Source of the DNA: Heterodontus francisci | Taxonomy: Eukaryota | NCBI RefSeq assembly: GCF_036365525.1 | Contig: NC_090392.1 | Coordinates: 76,323,771-76,387,770 of the forward strand | Direction: 5' to 3' | Length of the DNA stretch: 64,000 nt | Shown here: positions 61,870 to 64,000 of the stretch, one piece after another | How positions within the stretch are numbered: position 1 is the first letter of the stretch | Layout of the letters: each line of letters begins with the position of its first letter | The notes under the pieces: generated by a model | Database searches by the model: none | What the model was told of the DNA's origin: nothing | Seen by the model: only the letters and a program-made list of their open reading frames with translations | Program-made: the position numbers and the translations under genes

Positions 61870-62222
61870 AAGTGCAGTGCTGAGGGAGTGCTGCACTATT
61901 ACTGGTGCCAACTTTTGGATGAGATGTTAAACTGAAGTCTCGTCTGCCCTCTCAGGTGGACATAAAGGATCCCATGGCATTATTCGAAGAAGAGCAGTGG
62001 CGTTCTTTCCGGTGTCCCGACCAATATTTACTCCACAACCAAAATCATTGAAACAGATTATCTGGTCATTGTCACATTGCTGTTTGTGGGATCTTGCTGT
62101 GCCCAAACTGACTGCCACATTTCCTACATTACAACAGTGACAACACTTTGGAAGCACTTGATTGGCTGCAAAGCAATTAGGGATTTTTGAGGTTGTGAAA
62201 GGCACTTTATAAATGTAAGCTC
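61870..62222 (+). mobile_element. DeuSINE copy (headless)
   Basis: GATGAGATGTTAAAC...GATCCCATGGCATTATT core. Confidence 0.75.
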
Positions 62223-63814
62223 TTGTTATCGGAGGCCAGTTAATGCTCTTGGAAACAAACCACAACATAAGTCAGCAGCTTGAGGAGAGAACGTGCACCC
62301 AACCTTAACTTTAGTGGCGTCAAACTCCCATCCTGTAATACTATAATTGAAGAATAATTTGATTCAAGCGCACTTAGTGTGTTTTAACAATAAGCCAGGA
62401 ATTGGGACACTACTGTTGATAGCCTTTTGTTAATGGATGTGTATTAGGGTTGGGTTTCAAGACATCAGCCCAGCTCTCCATTAATGACCCGTTAAAAGAA
62501 GGAAAGACAAAAACAGAGAGAAAGATATAACACTTTCTTTGTTGAATACTCAACCCCATTATAAGGTTCTCTGTTATACTCCAGGCCAGTACAAGGCTCT
62601 CAATTATACCATTCTCTCTGTTACACAACCAGTATCAAACCATTCTGTCCCAGCACCATCTTAGCTAAACTCCATCTTACCTTTGCAGAGGCTGTTGTTG
62701 GAGACTTGAGTGGGTTCCTGGCTGAGGTTTGAGTTACTGTCAGATGCCGAGCAGGTACCTATTTCTAGACATATATCCGCTTGCCCTCTGTGCTGGACTG
62801 CAATAGATCCTAAGAACAGCAATCCTCGCAGTGCCACATACCAGAGGACCAGTAAACATTTCTGCTTACTGCAGCTTCTTGCCTCCTTGCTCACTGAAAG
62901 TGCTGAGTTCTTGTTTTGCGGGTAACAGCTGCCTGTTACTTCATGATATGTGCAAGGTGACAGGGCTATGTGGCTCCAATTTAACACTGAATTTTACGCT
63001 GCAAAGGAAAATATTGGCTCCATTCTATGGGCCTCTTCAACTGTCTTTCTCCCCACCCCCCCCCCCCCCCCCCACCCTCTGCCCAATTCCAACATCTGAC
63101 GGGACTGGAAGGAGCTTTCAAGACTGAGGGTGATAATTTTTTGTTAGGTCAGAGCATCAAGTGATATGGAGCTAAAGGCACGTAAATGGAGTTCAGGTCA
63201 GCAAAGATATTATTTTAGTAAATAGGAAAGGAAATTAGGTCCAACAAGCTTTTTTTTTCATTGCTTGATCTTGACCCAACCTAACTGCCATCTCACTGTG
63301 TCCTTCAACGCTACATTCTGCAAGCCCATCTAAAACATTCCTGACTTATCCTTCAACCTCACCCTCTTTCCAAATGCCTCAACTCTACCTAGCCATCTTT
63401 TCTCCAAATCCCGCAACCACTCCTTCTGAAAGTCATCAGACACCACACTACATGTTAGTTCCTGTCCTGCTTGGACTATAGGTTGTGTCTGTTGTGAAAT
63501 CTGATTAATTGGAACTAATTAATGTGAACTAATGTCTTGGAAAACCTCCTCACTAGCTTGAAGGGATAGACGGAAATATCGCAGGAACATAACCATGCCA
63601 GTTTATTTAGTTTCAGTGGGATGTTTTACTACATTGAAGGTACTATATAAATGAAAGTTTTTGGAATGGGGAGAATCTATGACAAAGACAAATGGTACAA
63701 AATTGGTGGATTGTCAGGCTTAATGGGGCAAATGATCTTTAGCCCTCTATTCTTTCTCAAGCCCTCGCTTTCCTTGCTTAGTGTCTGTCTTTCCTAAATT
63801 AAATAATTAATATA

Positions 63815-63946
63815 TTTTGATGAAGGGTCACTGACCTGAAACGTTAACTCTGCTTCTCTCTCCACAGATGCTGCCAGACCTGCTGAGTATTTCCAGCATT
63901 TCTTGTTTTTATTTCAGATTTCCAGCATCTGCAGCATTTTGTTTTT
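63815..63946 (+). mobile_element. Penelope-like 3' terminus
   Basis: TTGATGAAGGGTCACTGACCTGAAACGTTAAC + CACAGATGCTGCCAGACCTGCTGAG tail. Confidence 0.6.
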
Positions 63947-64000
63947 AATATATTTTAGTCATTGTTTCGAATAAAACAATTAGAATTATTGCTTTCTAAT

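Overview
Eukaryotic, intron-containing, repeat-rich vertebrate DNA, almost certainly from a shark/elasmobranch (HE1-type V-SINEs, SacSINE1-type DeuSINEs, CR1/HER1 and L2 LINE debris). Three plus-strand genes can be assembled by hand from GT-AG exons with matching intron phases. (1) SC5D (lathosterol oxidase, 4 coding exons 10202-13562, 295 aa) with a probable CCAAT-rich promoter and non-coding first exon near 5.8-6.13 kb. (2) An MPZ-family type I membrane protein (7 coding exons 26059-39749, about 283 aa) that by position, exon phases and a cytoplasmic YxxM motif looks like JAML but has only ONE IgV domain plus extra cysteines. (3) SCN2B (Nav beta-2, 43198-57581) with a probable extra terminal exon at 58132. 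Notable non-genic structure: a ~3.3 kb APE-RT LINE capped by a tRNA-like head with no ORF1, a 162-bp near-perfect inverted duplication, Penelope-type termini with minimal hammerhead-like motifs, nested hAT MITEs and several minisatellites. Exon coordinates were read manually; repeat boundaries are approximate and family names come from recalled motifs, not database searches.
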